Origin: Azolla caroliniana
Lineage: Eukaryota > Plantae > Polypodiophyta
Length of the DNA stretch: 64,000 bases
Direction: 5' to 3'
NCBI GenBank assembly: GCA_043228905.1
Contig: JBHGNT010000015.1
Span: 14,818,001-14,882,000 of the forward strand
The notes below the pieces were generated by a model that was not told the DNA's origin, made no database searches, and worked only from the letters and a program-made list of their open reading frames with translations. Positions 50,133 to 63,700 of this stretch are shown piece after piece. The translations under genes were made by a program, and so were the position numbers. How positions within the stretch are numbered: position 1 is the stretch's first letter; each line of letters starts with the position of its first letter.

Positions 50133-51770
50133 CGTCATCATCATTATCACTTAATTAATTAAATTAATTTGATTGATTTTTTTCACTTACTTATTTACCT
50201 AATTTAGGCGGTGTGAGATGTGTTTATTTTATTAGTAAGTTATTAAACAATGGATCAGCCAAGGTTGTCTTTTTTTTGTAACAGTCCAATCAAAAGAAAT
50301 GAGAAGTGGAGAAACAAAAAGGGGTTTTGAGGGTGGATACCATTATATGGTGGGTTACTAGACATATTTAGTTGGGGGGTTCCAAAAGAGAAGGGTCACT
50401 AACTGTTGTGGCCTCTCCTCTCGGCATCAAAGTTCGGGAAATTTTCGACTCGATTTGACCGAGCGAGCCATGGGACAGGTAAGTGAATGAGAGATCTATT
50501 ACCCACCCCTCCCGATCGTCTTGAGAAATAGAAATTGCCCAATTGGGGTGGGGAAACACGAAGCTAGGGTTTTGACACCATATGTAAGAGTTCTAAGAGT
50601 ACATGTTCCCCTACATTAGTAGATGTACATAATATATATACCATTGGTTGTGAAATGAAGTCACTAGCTTTAGAGCTCTCCCCAAGGTTATATTATATTT
50701 ATTTATTTATTCTAAAGTTGTTAACCAGAATGGTTAACCCCATGTGCTGCGTTAAATGTATCGGCTCTCTTTTTTCGTTGACCACAATCAATGAGGGTGG
50801 TTGAAGCATGTTCAAACCAATACATATTACCAACCACATTGTTTGAGCGTTGTACCTATAGCAACCACATTGTTTGATTCGTTTCGAATTCTGCACCATC
50901 TTTATATATAGCAAACTCTGCGAAGTCAGGTATGCCTCCTTATCCAGGTCATGGGGTGGGGTTTGATCATCGTCTACCTTATTGTTCATGGGTAGGAATG
51001 GCTACAAATTGTTATTAAGCTACTAATGATCGTGTTAGTCACTAAGGCAAACTCTATTGATCTCCCTCACAATGATTAATTAATGATCTGCTAACTTACT
51101 CTTATCATTAAACCCTAAAAAATACTATCTGGACGGCCCGCAATAGTAAGGTCTTTGATCGAAACCAACTGCAGGAAGTTAGCTTCTTTAAGCAATCCCT
51201 CAAGCAATCTTTGTTTGGTTGTGTGCAACTTAGAGACATCACCCTTCAAATTTACACTCTTTACTTTGAGTGCTTTTAAGATCTTTAATGTTTAATAGAC
51301 ATTTTTATACTTCTCATTATTCTTTGTGGGTTTTCACCTTACTTTGAGGTTTCCCACTAATAATAAAAGTGATACTAAAAAAAAACTTGCGTGTCAAGAA
51401 AGAAAATAAGAAATAATTAAGTTAATCATGTTTATAAGTGATTGTTTTAAGTCTTAGAGTAAAATGCTTAGCGCCAAGCTTGAGAGAAAAAGAAGCTCAA
51501 ACATAAAGTGGGGAAAATGGAGAAGCCTTGCATTTAAGTGTTTTGTCTTTGTCTCCCTTACACATTGTGGGATAGGAGACCCTTTCCCAAGTTTTACATT
51601 TTTTGTCTCCCCCACTACATTGTTTCCTCATGCCAATACTAATGGATATTTTAGTGAAGCCTAGACACTTTAGCATATGATATAAGGTCATTAGTACATC
51701 GGGGCATATATTTTTCTGCCCTTTTTAACAAGATGAGGCTAAATGTTAGGGTAAAAACACCAACATTTAG

Positions 51771-54700
51771 TGTTACGACCAACAGAGCGCAACCAATATA
51801 ATTGCCGCCCAAGCTCTCCTCCACTTTCGCCAAAAATCATGCATGCAACCTACATGCAGGTAAGTAACTCATATAGATGCATACAACAACATGCACATAA
51901 ACATTCACATTCACATGCACGCGCGCGTGCACACACACACACACATTCCTTTATTCACACCTGGATACATATATGTTATACATTTGATTCATAAATTTCC
52001 ATACATTCATATACATAGATGCATGAATCCATACAAATATTCATTCATTGATACCCATTTATACACATTTATTTATTCATACAATCTTGCACATACATGC
52101 ATTCATTCGTACAATCATACACATATACACTGTTAAGAGTCTATTACTAATCAATAGACCAAAACAAAAGTAAAAGAAGGAAAATAGAATGGATAGAAGA
52201 ACTCGTTCCACCCGACCACCCCCGAGCTATGATGTATACATAGCCAACTTACCACTGACGTCCCATACCGCCAGATATTAGGATGAGTAATACCTTGAAA
52301 GAGATAAACACGATTGTCGAGACGAAAGCCTAGCCCGCACCACCGGTGTCTAAGACAACAGCCTTCCAACGTAATGTCCTTATGAGGGTAGTTACGCCTC
52401 ATATTTATACCTTTTCCTAGGCCCCTTGAATAGATGTGCCTTTCTAAAAGGCTCTCCATTCATTGGTTGTCCAAATCATAATAGTGCATGCATCTATCAT
52501 TCCTTCTATCCAATCATTAGTCCCCTTTTTAACATTAGTGAACATACCCTTCACTAATGTAAATATTAGTGACCTACCCTCACCAATATTATGTGTACAT
52601 AACACACCCCCCTACTTCAAAAGATTGCACTCTTGCAATATAAAGTGAGGAAATTGTGCCTTAAGAGTATGCTCGCGTTCCCATGTGGCATCATCAATAG
52701 GTTTATCCATCCATTTGATTTTGAATAGTCGAATCTCTTTAGAATGTAAACGTTTAGTACGAGAATCAAGAATTCGTTCAAGAACATGAGCTTTGTAAAA
52801 CAAATCCTCTAATGTTACAAGATCTTGGATTGTGATGGTGTTATCACCAGAGCCTAAAAATGGTTTTAGACGACTGATGTGAAAAACAGGATGAATACCA
52901 ACGTTACGGGGTAAGGCAAGGTGATAAGCCGATGACCCAACTGGCTTAAGGATTTCAAATAGGCCACAATATTGTGGGGGTAACTTGCGCACTTGCATGT
53001 AGACAATTACGTAGAGTCATTAGGGACATGCAAAAAAACTTTTTGACCAATAGTAAACGAGGACGTCTATCCTGATCAGCATAAAATCGAGCACGATCTT
53101 GAGCCATCTTGACATTCTCTTTAGCAATATGCAACATTTGGTTCATGTCTTGCAAAAAATTGTGTGTACTGTCTAATGTATCACGATGAATCGTGACATC
53201 AACTAGAGCACGTGGCTGAAAACCATACATCAACATAAAAGGACTATATCTAGTGGATGTATGTTTAGAGCTATTATAAGCAAATTCTAAGATAGGAAGG
53301 TATTGCTCCCAATTAGAAGGGGTTTTTGCTACATAAGCTCGAAGCATGTCCTCAATAATTTGATTGACTCGTTCAGTTTGTCCATCAGACTGAGGATGAT
53401 CTACGGAACTCATGCTCAACGTAGTTTCTAGTTTCTTAAAGACCTGAGTCCAAAAGTCACTAGTAAACTTGGAATCTTGATCACTAACAATATCCATCGG
53501 CAATCCATAAAAGCGAAATAACTCATCAACAAATTGATAAGCCAATTGTTGAGCGGTTGAGCGGTTACCGTGGTTTTGGTAGGAATAAATCTAGCCAATT
53601 TTCTTAGTCTGTCAACGACAACCCAAATGGCATCATGACCCCTCTGTGTATGAGGTAAACTAATAATAAAATCCATCGAGATACTTTCCCATTTGTTGTT
53701 GGGAATATCTAAGGGATGTAAAAGACCAACAACTTTAAGTTGTTCTGACTTATTAATCTAACATTGTAGGCATTGAGTTACGTATTTATGCACGTTAGAG
53801 CGCATCTTAGGCCAGGAAAAAGTACTCGAGATGAGAACAAGTGTGCGTTGTATTCCAGGATGACCCGTACATGAAGAATTTTCTGTTTTACATTTGGTAA
53901 ATCTGGAACACAAACCTTTCCACTACGGTAGAGCAAACCATTTGTAATGTGAAAGGTCGCCTTCGAGGGTAGGGTGCTAGTATCGACATCTAAACCAGAT
54001 TCGGCTTTCGTCCAGTATTTCGAAAAATAACTGTCATCAAGGTGTTTCCCTCGAAGGTGATCTAAAAGATTAGATTTTATTTCCGTGAAGCTAAGCATGT
54101 TAACTTTGTTAATGCAACTAAGAGCATCCGCAACAGTGTTCATAGAACCCTTGCGATACCATATGGAAAAATCAAAATCATGCATAAGGTCAGCCCAACG
54201 GCCTTTACGACCAACAAGATCTGGTTGGTCACAAAAATACTTCAATGATTGATGGTCTGTTGTAACCAAAAATTTATTTCCATAGAGATAGTGCCTCCAT
54301 GTTTTAAGTGCATGTATTACCACAAACAACTCTTTCTCTTGAACCGAATACCGAGATTGAGCAGCATCAAGCTTCTTACTTTTAAAAGCAATAGGGTGAC
54401 CACCTTGATAAAGAACGACACCAATAGCATAATCACTAGCATCGGTTTCGATTGAGAACGACTTAGAAGGGTTCGGTAATAGAAGCATGGGAGCTTAACA
54501 CACATGCTCTTTGAGTGTCTCAAATGATTTGTCAAGTTTTTCATTCCATGCAATTGGTTTGACAGACTTACGTGGATGACATTTTAAAAGGTCAGTTAAT
54601 GGCGTAGTCAATTTGGAATAGTTACGAATTGATTTTCATAAAAATCCAACAAACCCCAAGAATGATTGCAGTTCACGAATATTACGAGGAATGGGCCAAA

Positions 54701-57120
54701 GTTTAACCTTTTCAATACGAGAAGGTTCAATTTCAACACCATTTTCCGTAATTAAATGACCTAGGTACACAATAGATTTTTGGAAAAAATCACATTTTGA
54801 ATGTTTTACATAGAAAGAGTTGTCACGCAACTTTTGCAAAACAAATCGAACATGTTGAACATGATCTTGCAAGGTACGACTATATATCAAAATATCATCC
54901 AAGAAGACGACAATAAAATCATCGAGTTGATCTCGAAAAACGTCATTCATCGCTTGTTGGAATGTGGTTGGAGCATTAGTCAACCCGAAAGGCATGACTA
55001 AAAACTCATAATGGCCATAGCGCGTACGAGAAACGGTTTTAGGAATATCATCCTCGGCAATGCGAATCTGATGATAACCTGTCTGTAAGTCAATTTTCGT
55101 AAAATATCAGGCCCCATGCAAACGATCAATCAGATCATCAGCACGAGGTAACATATATGCATTTTTAATTGTCATTTTATTCAAACGGCGATAATTGATA
55201 CACATTCGCCATGAACCTTCCTTCTTCTTAACTAATAGAACTGGCGCACCCCAAGGTGATTTACTATACCTAATGTGACCCATATTCAAGTATTCCTTAA
55301 GTTGTTTAGCGATCTCATCCTCTTCTAATCGACTAAGTCGGTAAGGTGGAATGCTCACAGGAGCAGCACCAGGAATGAGTTCAATTTGAAATTTGATGGT
55401 CCACATTACGTTTTGGTGGTAAAGTAAGTGGCAATTCGTTAGGAAACACGTCTTGAAAATCGTCTAAAATAGAGTCGAGTAATCGTTGTTCATAATGTGG
55501 TAATTGTGTGGCGTCAATATTAAAATAATAAAATTGAAGCGCATGATCAATTACACACGAATAAATTAATGAACTTGAATACTCACTTAAAGATTTAGAA
55601 GACACAAGTGAACGAGAAGGAAGTTTATTAAGTTCAAATGTGATTGAATAAAATGTTTACAATTATTAAGTTCAAATGTGATTGAGTGATTAACCCAATC
55701 AATGGACAAAGACGGGTTTTTATTAAAAAACCAAGGGTATCCTAAAATGACATATGCGGATTGTAATTTCATAACATGAAAGTCAAGCTTCTCCAAATAG
55801 GTATTTATTTGAATTGACAAACAATGCCACTGATGTATTGAACACTTCCATTTGCCATGTGAACTTGATAGATATGATCATTTGCGTTTATGTGGAGTTC
55901 CATTTGCTACACAAAGTGATCATTACGAAAATTGTGAGAACTACCGGAATCAAACAAGAAATGTGTTTGTGTTCCATTGATATACCCGACTGCTCGGAGT
56001 AAATCATTAGGTCCAAGTAAATGTGAAAGAAAAGTGCAATCACATGAACTTAAGTGGTTGGTATGTACTTCAACAACATCAAAAGACTCACCTGTGTGAC
56101 TCGTAGATTTGTCTTGAGGAGGGGTGTTCATTGACTTCCTCTCAAGACGATGACATGTATCCTTTGTGTGGCCCCGCTTCTTGCAATATATACAGAAGAG
56201 GTTCGGTTTCTTGGAGTCACGGTCAAGAGTGTCATTGGATTGCTTATGTTTCCCAATGAACTTGACATTCAGAGTTTTGGCGAACTCAGGTTTATTGTGG
56301 TCTTTCTTGGAAGTCCTATGGTACCGAAGTACAATGTTGATGACTTCCTCGAAAGTTGTGGGGTCCTTGTCATTGACAATCGAATGGTAATCCCCATTAG
56401 GAATACCATTCAAAAAGCAAGCAACAAACCATTTCTCACCCGTAATTCCCGATTTTTGGATCTGGGTCCAAGCATGATGCACATAATCCTCGAGAGAGGT
56501 AAATGGCTTACTCGACAATGTGAGCAAGTGTTGCGCTTGTTCAATTTGAGAAGGTGGCTGCAAAATCAGTTTCTTAAAAACATCAACGAAACCTTCCCAA
56601 GTTGTGGGTAAGTTCTTTGTAGTCCTTAGGCCGCACCACCAAGGAGCAACTCGGCCACCTAACTCATGACCGACGTAACCAAATTTTATAGCATCGGGCT
56701 TGGGATGGAGCTCAAAGTGAGACTCCCAACAACCAAGCCAAGTGCTAATGGCCTCCTCGGTTCTTTCTTTCTTATCTCCCTTGAATGGCGTTACTACGAA
56801 AGAAGGTTCACCTTCTTTCTTGGACTCAATAGTCAATTCTTGGAATTTCTTTTCCAATTCCATATTGGCTTGCCTCATTTTGGCCAATTGATTCAAGGTA
56901 GTAGTGAGCAATTGCTCAATAGTGATCTCAGCTTGTGTGCGAGATGCGGATTGGAGTTGAGAGATCTCCGTCGGAGAGATCGCTCCAACAACGTTCAAAA
57001 CTTGTTCCATGATGCAAGCTGTGGTTATGCAATATAAATAAGGAGGTTCAGAAAATACACAAGCAAAATGAATGCTTGAAATTTTGATTGGAAGAACTTT
57101 ACCAAGAAAGCATCTCACGT
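51771..57120 (-). mobile_element. Degenerate chromovirus Ty3/gypsy; 5' LTR not found
   Basis: Gag ATG at about 57010 with CIYCKKRGHTKDTC, protease LFDSGSSHNF, RT VVFLDDIL, RNase H ETDASD, integrase HPQSDGQTER. C-terminal chromodomain ERILDSR...IKW...DATWE. PPT and 3' LTR 52604-51771 (TGTTA...TAACA). Confidence 0.92.
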
Positions 57121-58584
57121 CTTTACCCCTCTAGACATATGAGATGTGATTTGAGATCCGATAACTATGGTAACACTATGGTGTTTTAAAAACCATGGGG
57201 GAAAACGTAGCTAAGATGTCTTTCTCGGATCTCTATCTTGAATAATCATGGCGGCTCCCCGAGGCTCAACCATGGTTCTAACATCAATGTAGTTTCCTAG
57301 TTAGCCTTATATTAGAATGCCAACCCAACATGTATTGATATGTTTGAGAAAGTGTATTACATGAAAAACAAATGCACTCGCAAGTAATATTCTAGTCTTG
57401 CGAGTAACAAGCAAATGTGATGATAAAAATGATAAAATAAGGCACTACCCATTAGAGGCAAGTGGTGACAAAAACAAGGGTCAAAAAACCCGTGTGCGAC
57501 CTACTAAAAAAAAAATGTCACAAAAAAATGGGAGGTGCGAGGTATGTACAAATACATCCCAATATGATGGTTGTAATTTGTACAATTGTGACATAAGGCA
57601 CAAATTGATACGCAAAGATGTGGTACTCAAATCCATGAAGAAACATCAATAGAGGAACTCATGTGGTTTTACTTGAGTTCTAAAGACTAAGGCTTGATAA
57701 AATGAGTTAAACATAGATGATCCGTTGGAAAAAAATCGTTCAAAAAGCGGCATGATGCCTAGTCAATACGAAAAAAATAGACTACACAAAATCGTTACCC
57801 AATAGGGAAACACACGTTGTCGTAGTGTAGGTTGCACACTATGTGGAAATTATATTTTTGTCCCTCCGGATAGAGAATGGAGTGCTCGGTGAGAACCGGA
57901 AGAAAACGGCATACCGGCAAGGAAGAGCCGGATAAAGAGACATAAATGTTAAAAAAAAAAGAGAGGAAATACTCACTACTGCGCAAGGCGTGATTCAAAC
58001 TCTACACCTCCACGTTGACAAACCCCAACCTTACCATTACATTAACTTATCTTAAGTGTTTTAAATATAGATTTAATACGTATAAGACCTTTATTTATGC
58101 ATACCTTTATTAAAAGGTAAATCGTGTATTTTTTTTTAATATATGAAAAAGACGAGACACTAAAAATAACTCATGCACATCTAGCGTGCATGAGCCCTAT
58201 ACTTAGGAAATAAAAAAGCATCACATGCACATTTAGTGGACATGAACACTTTTTGTAAAAAAAAAAGCATGAAGCCATGCTTAGCTCTTCCTTCCTTATA
58301 TAAGGAGGAGAGAAATATATAAAGGGTTGTTGATTATTTGGATTAAGTATTAATCAATACAAAAATTATTCGTGGGATTCACGATTTATACATCTACTTC
58401 TCTCTTAACACCCTAAGTACCAATTAATATAGTATACTCGTGTGATTCACGAGTTTCTTATCTTTCTCTTTGCTATTTACTCATAATTAATCTCTATCTC
58501 ACGAACTTCTTTCTCCTAGTCCAAGACCTCTGTGGTTCCCACCCGACTCACGCAACGATCCGGAGCCGAAAGGCACGACACAGT

Positions 58585-58602
58585 TGGTGAACCCGACGTG
58601 AA
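58585..58602 (+). other. Primer binding site for tRNA-Trp
   Basis: TGGTGAACCCGACGTGAA is complementary to the 3' 18 nt of plant cytosolic tRNA-Trp(CCA) as recalled. It lies 4 nt after the LTR end. Confidence 0.85.
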
Positions 58603-58618
58603 GACGGGTGGCAAGGAG

Positions 58619-60658
58619 ATGGAGGCTCAACAAGCTAACAATATGATGGCGATGTTCGAACGGATGCTTCAAGAACAACGCACGATGTCGGAGATTTCGG
58701 CATCAGTAGAGCGGCTCGTGCAACGCAACGGGCAATTTAATGGTAAGGATGTGTCGCGATATTTGCAGGACTACAAGGCGGAGATGCTCCGGTGCCGGGC
58801 TTCGGAAGGACTGCAAGTGACATCCTTTAACCGGGTGGCGACCGACGGGCTTCAAGGGAGTATCCATGGGTTGCAACAACAAAATCCGACGTGGGAAGCA
58901 TTCGAAGAGGCGTTAAAGACCACGTTTGCCATCGAGGACTCCTCCAAGGCAACGCGGAGGGGATTCGAGGATTGGGTGGAAACGTCAGGTAAGGGGCTGA
59001 AGGTCCTCGAAGTGTTTTCGACATTCGAAAGTCGGTTCGGGAGGTTGTCCGCGAGAGATCAAACTATTCTTGCACCGGACAAAGTCATCATGTTTTTGCG
59101 AGCTGTGGACGTCCGGGACCGGAAAGATCTCGGAGTGCTTCTTGAGGACACGACCACCGAAAGCGGCCTCACCGAAACATGGGAAAGCGTGCGGGATATC
59201 GTCGCGCGGTACACGAAGAGGGGGCAATGGCTTGCCAACGAAGAAAAGAGGGTTTCGGAACCGATTCCGAAACCGAGAACGGGACTGGAAGACCATCAAC
59301 CGAGGGCTCGGGAGATTACGGCCGAGAAGGGAGTCGACGCGTCTACGGTGGAGCAGCTGCTGAAGGAGATGGAGAATCTAAAGATCGCGATGGTGAAGAA
59401 GTCGGATGACCGCCCCACAAGCTCCAAATATACGGATCGACGGTGCATATGGTGCGATAGCGCCGAACACGATCGGAGGGATTGCGACGACCATAAGGAG
59501 GCACTACGACGGGATCTCATCTACTACGAGGGAAACCGGATTCATTCGATGGACTCTCGGAAGCCACTCCGACCGAACTTCTGGAAAGGCGGCATGAAGA
59601 AGGTGCTCGAGGAGGAGTTAGCGGCAAGAAGCAACTATGCGACAACCGCGGGAATATGTGTCGGGGAGTCAACGGGAGCGAAGGCGTCTTTCTGGCCGGA
59701 GGTGCTAGGAAACACCGAGAAAACCGACTCCAACGATATCCGAAACACCGCGGAAGGCGTCCGGGAAGCTACGGGATGGGAGTGCCCTGTCGACAAGAAT
59801 AGCATATACGCCCTGTGTCAATTACATGAGGTGTATGTGGACGAGAAACGACGGCGCACGGAGGATGCGGCCGGACCATCGAAGATACCGGAAAGCTGGA
59901 ACTCCAGAGGTAAGGGAAAAGAAAAGGCGACTCCGGCATTCAAGCTCGCCTCGGACATAGAACAACAAACCGACTTGAAAAGAGTGTTCGAGGAAAGAAT
60001 CTTGGATAGCCGGGTCGATTTTTCGCTGCGGGAACTACTCGGAATAGCGAAGAAGGAGTTTCACGATCTTCTCGTGGATCTCGTGAAAAGGAAGAGACAA
60101 AGTACGGAGGAAAATGCTCCAAGGGTGAATGCAAATACCGTTTCAATGAACGACACCGAAGTGGAAGGCGAAATTCCGGACTCCCACTATACAAGGCCAC
60201 ACTGGGCACGTGCGACTACGGAGACTCCGGTCCGAATCGGCAACATCAAAGAACCCGTGCTAGCATTGATTGATCACGGATCGGAGATCAACTTGATGTC
60301 CAAGGAGTTCTACCGAAAGGGGAAGTGGCCTATAAACACCAACCATGGATGGAAGATTCGGGCAGCCACGAAAACGACAGAAGACCTATTTGCGGCTTGT
60401 CCGGATGTGACGGTAAAGATCGGGGATGTCGAAATTGACCAAAATTTCTTTGTGCAGGATGAGGTTTCACATTCTGTCATCCTCGGCCAACCCTTTATCA
60501 CGGCTTCACGGATGGAGACGAAGGTGCTCGATAGTGGTGCGGCTTTTGCGCGAATTCGGAGCCAAAACGGAGGGAAATCCGTCCAATTCCTAACGGTGCC
60601 GGCAAATCACGAAAGGAACAAGAGGGAACTCTTGTCCCAAGTGAGAATGGATTTTTAA
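58619..60658 (+). CDS. Gag-protease (679 aa)
   Basis: First ATG after the PBS. CCHC knuckle CIWCDSAEHDRRDC; aspartic protease ALIDHGSEINLM and ILGQPF. Confidence 0.9.
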   Translation: MEAQQANNMMAMFERMLQEQRTMSEISASVERLVQRNGQFNGKDVSRYLQDYKAEMLRCRASEGLQVTSFNRVATDGLQGSIHGLQQQNPTWEAFEEALKTTFAIEDSSKATRRGFEDWVETSGKGLKVLEVFSTFESRFGRLSARDQTILAPDKVIMFLRAVDVRDRKDLGVLLEDTTTESGLTETWESVRDIVARYTKRGQWLANEEKRVSEPIPKPRTGLEDHQPRAREITAEKGVDASTVEQLLKEMENLKIAMVKKSDDRPTSSKYTDRRCIWCDSAEHDRRDCDDHKEALRRDLIYYEGNRIHSMDSRKPLRPNFWKGGMKKVLEEELAARSNYATTAGICVGESTGAKASFWPEVLGNTEKTDSNDIRNTAEGVREATGWECPVDKNSIYALCQLHEVYVDEKRRRTEDAAGPSKIPESWNSRGKGKEKATPAFKLASDIEQQTDLKRVFEERILDSRVDFSLRELLGIAKKEFHDLLVDLVKRKRQSTEENAPRVNANTVSMNDTEVEGEIPDSHYTRPHWARATTETPVRIGNIKEPVLALIDHGSEINLMSKEFYRKGKWPINTNHGWKIRAATKTTEDLFAACPDVTVKIGDVEIDQNFFVQDEVSHSVILGQPFITASRMETKVLDSGAAFARIRSQNGGKSVQFLTVPANHERNKRELLSQVRMDF

Positions 60659-60712
60659 AGCGGACCGTTGCGGAGTGGGGAAGTGATAGTCCGAGAAGCC
60701 CTGATACCCCAC
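60649..60712 (+). promoter_or_regulatory. Predicted -1 ribosomal frameshift signal (G GAT TTT plus pseudoknot)
   Basis: Slippery heptamer directly before the gag-protease TAA. Stem 60661-60671 pairs with 60683-60693. Loop GTGGGG can pair with CCCCAC at 60707-60712. Conserved at 12162-12226. Confidence 0.75.
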
Positions 60713-63700
60713 ACAGGAAGAAAACTCTCGGAGCAAAACAAGTACGAATCGGCCCGGATGGGGCATCTACGTACACGGCCGTAACCGGAGGAATGAAGAA
60801 ACAATACCGACAAGTGGAGGATAAGTTACGGTCGGCATCAATAATAAAAGAAGACGAAGAAATCGTGGGAGTGATCGAGGAAGTGTTCTATGGGAATACA
60901 CTACAACGGCTTGAAGAGCTTGCGGAAGATAAAAGCCAAGGGAACCGGGTAGTCCCGGTGGAATCGGTCGAGATGTACGAGATCGTTGCGAAAATGGGGC
61001 CGGATGCGCTCCGCAAAGAAGAAGCAATGGTAAGTACGAAATACAAGACCGTGGAGAAGAAGGTGAAACCGGCCGCGGGACCACTACCCGCCGATAGCGA
61101 ACAAAAGAAGAAAGAAGTCTCGGGAGATCCGACACTTCGGAAGTCCGTGGATATCGGACATGCCTTCACAGATGAGACCCGGAAGAAACTTCGGATCGGT
61201 GGAGGTGGGTTCCTCTTACAAGAAGAAGAAAAACGGTTTCGAGAGATGTTGGAGCAACATGGCAAAGCATTCGCGTTCACATCGAGGGAGATCGGATGCA
61301 TTGATCCAAAGATAGTGGAGCCGATGGTGATTTTCACGATTGATCATGTACCGTGGAACCTGAAGCCGATTCCGGTGCCACGGGCGCATATTCCGAAAGT
61401 CATCGACTTGCTCAAGGAGAAGGTGGCGATGGGGATTCTAGAGCCATCAAGTGCTCCGTACTCAAATCGATGGTTTACGGTTCCGAAGAAGAATGGGTCA
61501 CTCCGATTCATCCAAGACTTGCAACCGGTGAACAAGGTCACGATCCGGAACTCGGGAGTCGGTCCGATAGTGGACGAATTCGCGGAAGCTTTTGCCGGAC
61601 GTGCGATATACTCCATCGGGGACCTATACTCGGGGTATGACCAATTCCAACTAGCCATGGAGAGCCGAGACATCACTACCATGCGGACACCGATAGGACT
61701 AGTTCGAATGTGCACACTACCACAAGGAGCGACAAACTCGGTTGCACATATGATGAACGCGATGAACAAGGTGCTTCGAGATTGCATCCCGGAGATAACG
61801 ATGCCGTTTCTAGATGACATTCCGATGAAAGGATGCGCGGTGGAAGAAAAAGATGAGACTATGGATGATCGGGGATGCCGAAAGTTCGTGGTCGACCATA
61901 TTCATGATTGCGAGAAAGTGTTGCGAAAGCTAGAAGATGTGCACCTAACACTTTCCGGGGAGAAATCGGCATTCGGGCAAGAAGAAATATTGGTGGTCGG
62001 ACATCTATGTGGACCCTACGGCCGAAGACCGTCACCAACAAAGATCGATGCGATTCAAGCTATGAAGGAAGTATGTGAGTCAACATCGGAAGTCCGAAGG
62101 TTTCTGGGTGCGTGTGCATTCTATCACATATGGATTCCGCACTATGCACATATAGCGGACCCGCCCTATCACTTGTTGCGGAAAGGTAAGAAATTCGAGT
62201 GGAAACCGGAACACACTAAAGCCATGAGGAAGCTCAAGAAGACACTATGGAGGGCGGAATCACTTAGGAAGCCAAGCTACGAGCGGCCAATCATAGTAAC
62301 GGTTGATACAAGTCCAACCGGTATCGGGTGGGTCATCAATCAAGCCGACTCGGATGGTTCGCGGTATCCGATCCGATTTGGAGCAAAGGTCCTCAACGAA
62401 AGGCAACGCGGATATGCACAGGTCAAAAGAGAATTGTGGGGAGTCGTGTCGGCGATAAAATCGGATCGGGATTATTTGATCGGAGCTGAAGTGGTGATCG
62501 AGACGGATTGTCTTCCGATACTCGGGATGATGCGGTGTTGTACGATACCGGATGTGGCTATGCTAAGGTGGATTGCATATGTCAAGTCACTTAATCCGGA
62601 GGTTCGACACATCTCGGGGAAGGACAACGCGGTAGCGGACATGTTATCGAGGGCGCGGTTTGAAGACGACATAACCGAATCAGATAATGAAGAAGTTTCC
62701 GAAGACTACTTCACGTCAGAACACATATGCCGAGTGAACGTGATCCGAGAATTCCGGGAAGAAGAATACGAGGGGGAAACCTTGATGATCGGGAAGATGC
62801 TACAAGAGGTCGAGGATTCAACCAATGATAAAGAAAGGAGAGCCGAGATCCGAAGGAAGAAGAGGCAAGTCCAAAAGTTCTTCTTGGAAAACGGTTTAAT
62901 ATGGAGGACGCCGAAAAGACCGGATGGGATACCACTTCGAGTAGTCGGGACGAAAGAGCAACGAAACCGGATAATGTCCGAGTTCCACGAATCCGATTGG
63001 GCTGGACATCGAGGAACATGGGCAACTTTTGTGAAAATCAAGCAAAGATATTGGTGGAAGAACATGTATAAAGATGTCGCGGAGTTCACAGAAAGCTGCG
63101 AGAAATGTCAAGTCTACTCCGGGGTCCGACACCGAGATGAGCTGCATCCGACATTCTCACCGACAATCAACTTCAAGTGGATGGTCGACATTGTAGCTAT
63201 GCCGACCGGGATTGGACAAAAGAAATACTTGGTGTTAGCTCGAGAAGATCTCACAAACCAAGTTGAAGGTCGAGCGCTTCGGAGGAAAACGTGTGCCGCG
63301 GTGTGCCAATTTCTTTTGGAAGAAGTGTTTTGTAGGTACGACTGCGTAGGACAAGTGATTGCGGACCGGGGAGAACTCGACTCGGACAAAGCTAGGGGAT
63401 TCTTCACCAAACATGGAGTTCGGTTAACGTTGACAACGGCCTACAATCCGGAGGCCAACGGGAAGATCGAACGAGGACATAGTTCGATCGTGAAAGCACT
63501 TGCGAAGGCATGCGACGGAAGGGTGAAGGATTGGCCACAAATGCTTCCGTATGCACTATGGGCGGATCGGACGACGCATAGCTCCGTGACCGGTTACATG
63601 CCGGCAGAACTCATGACCGGACAAGCACCGGTAATGCCAACGGAAACCGCAATCGCGACATGGACAATACTACCGTGGAAGGAAGAGATGAGCCGGGAAG

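Noticed and set aside
53778-53870. Apparent foreign insertion in the chromovirus integrase
   Set aside because: Another frame reads GHPGIQRT...WPKMR...YVTQCLQC, the normal zinc-finger region after a small deletion.
57270-57300. Degenerate PBS and 5' LTR of the chromovirus
   Set aside because: Weak PBS match, and the adjoining sequence does not resemble the 3' LTR at 51771.
57945-58520. Helitron inside the putative LTR (palindromes at about 58370 and 58438, CTAG at 58516)
   Set aside because: The hairpin is too far from the CTAG, and that CTAG is part of the conserved LTR motif. An AT-rich insertion in the LTR cannot be excluded.
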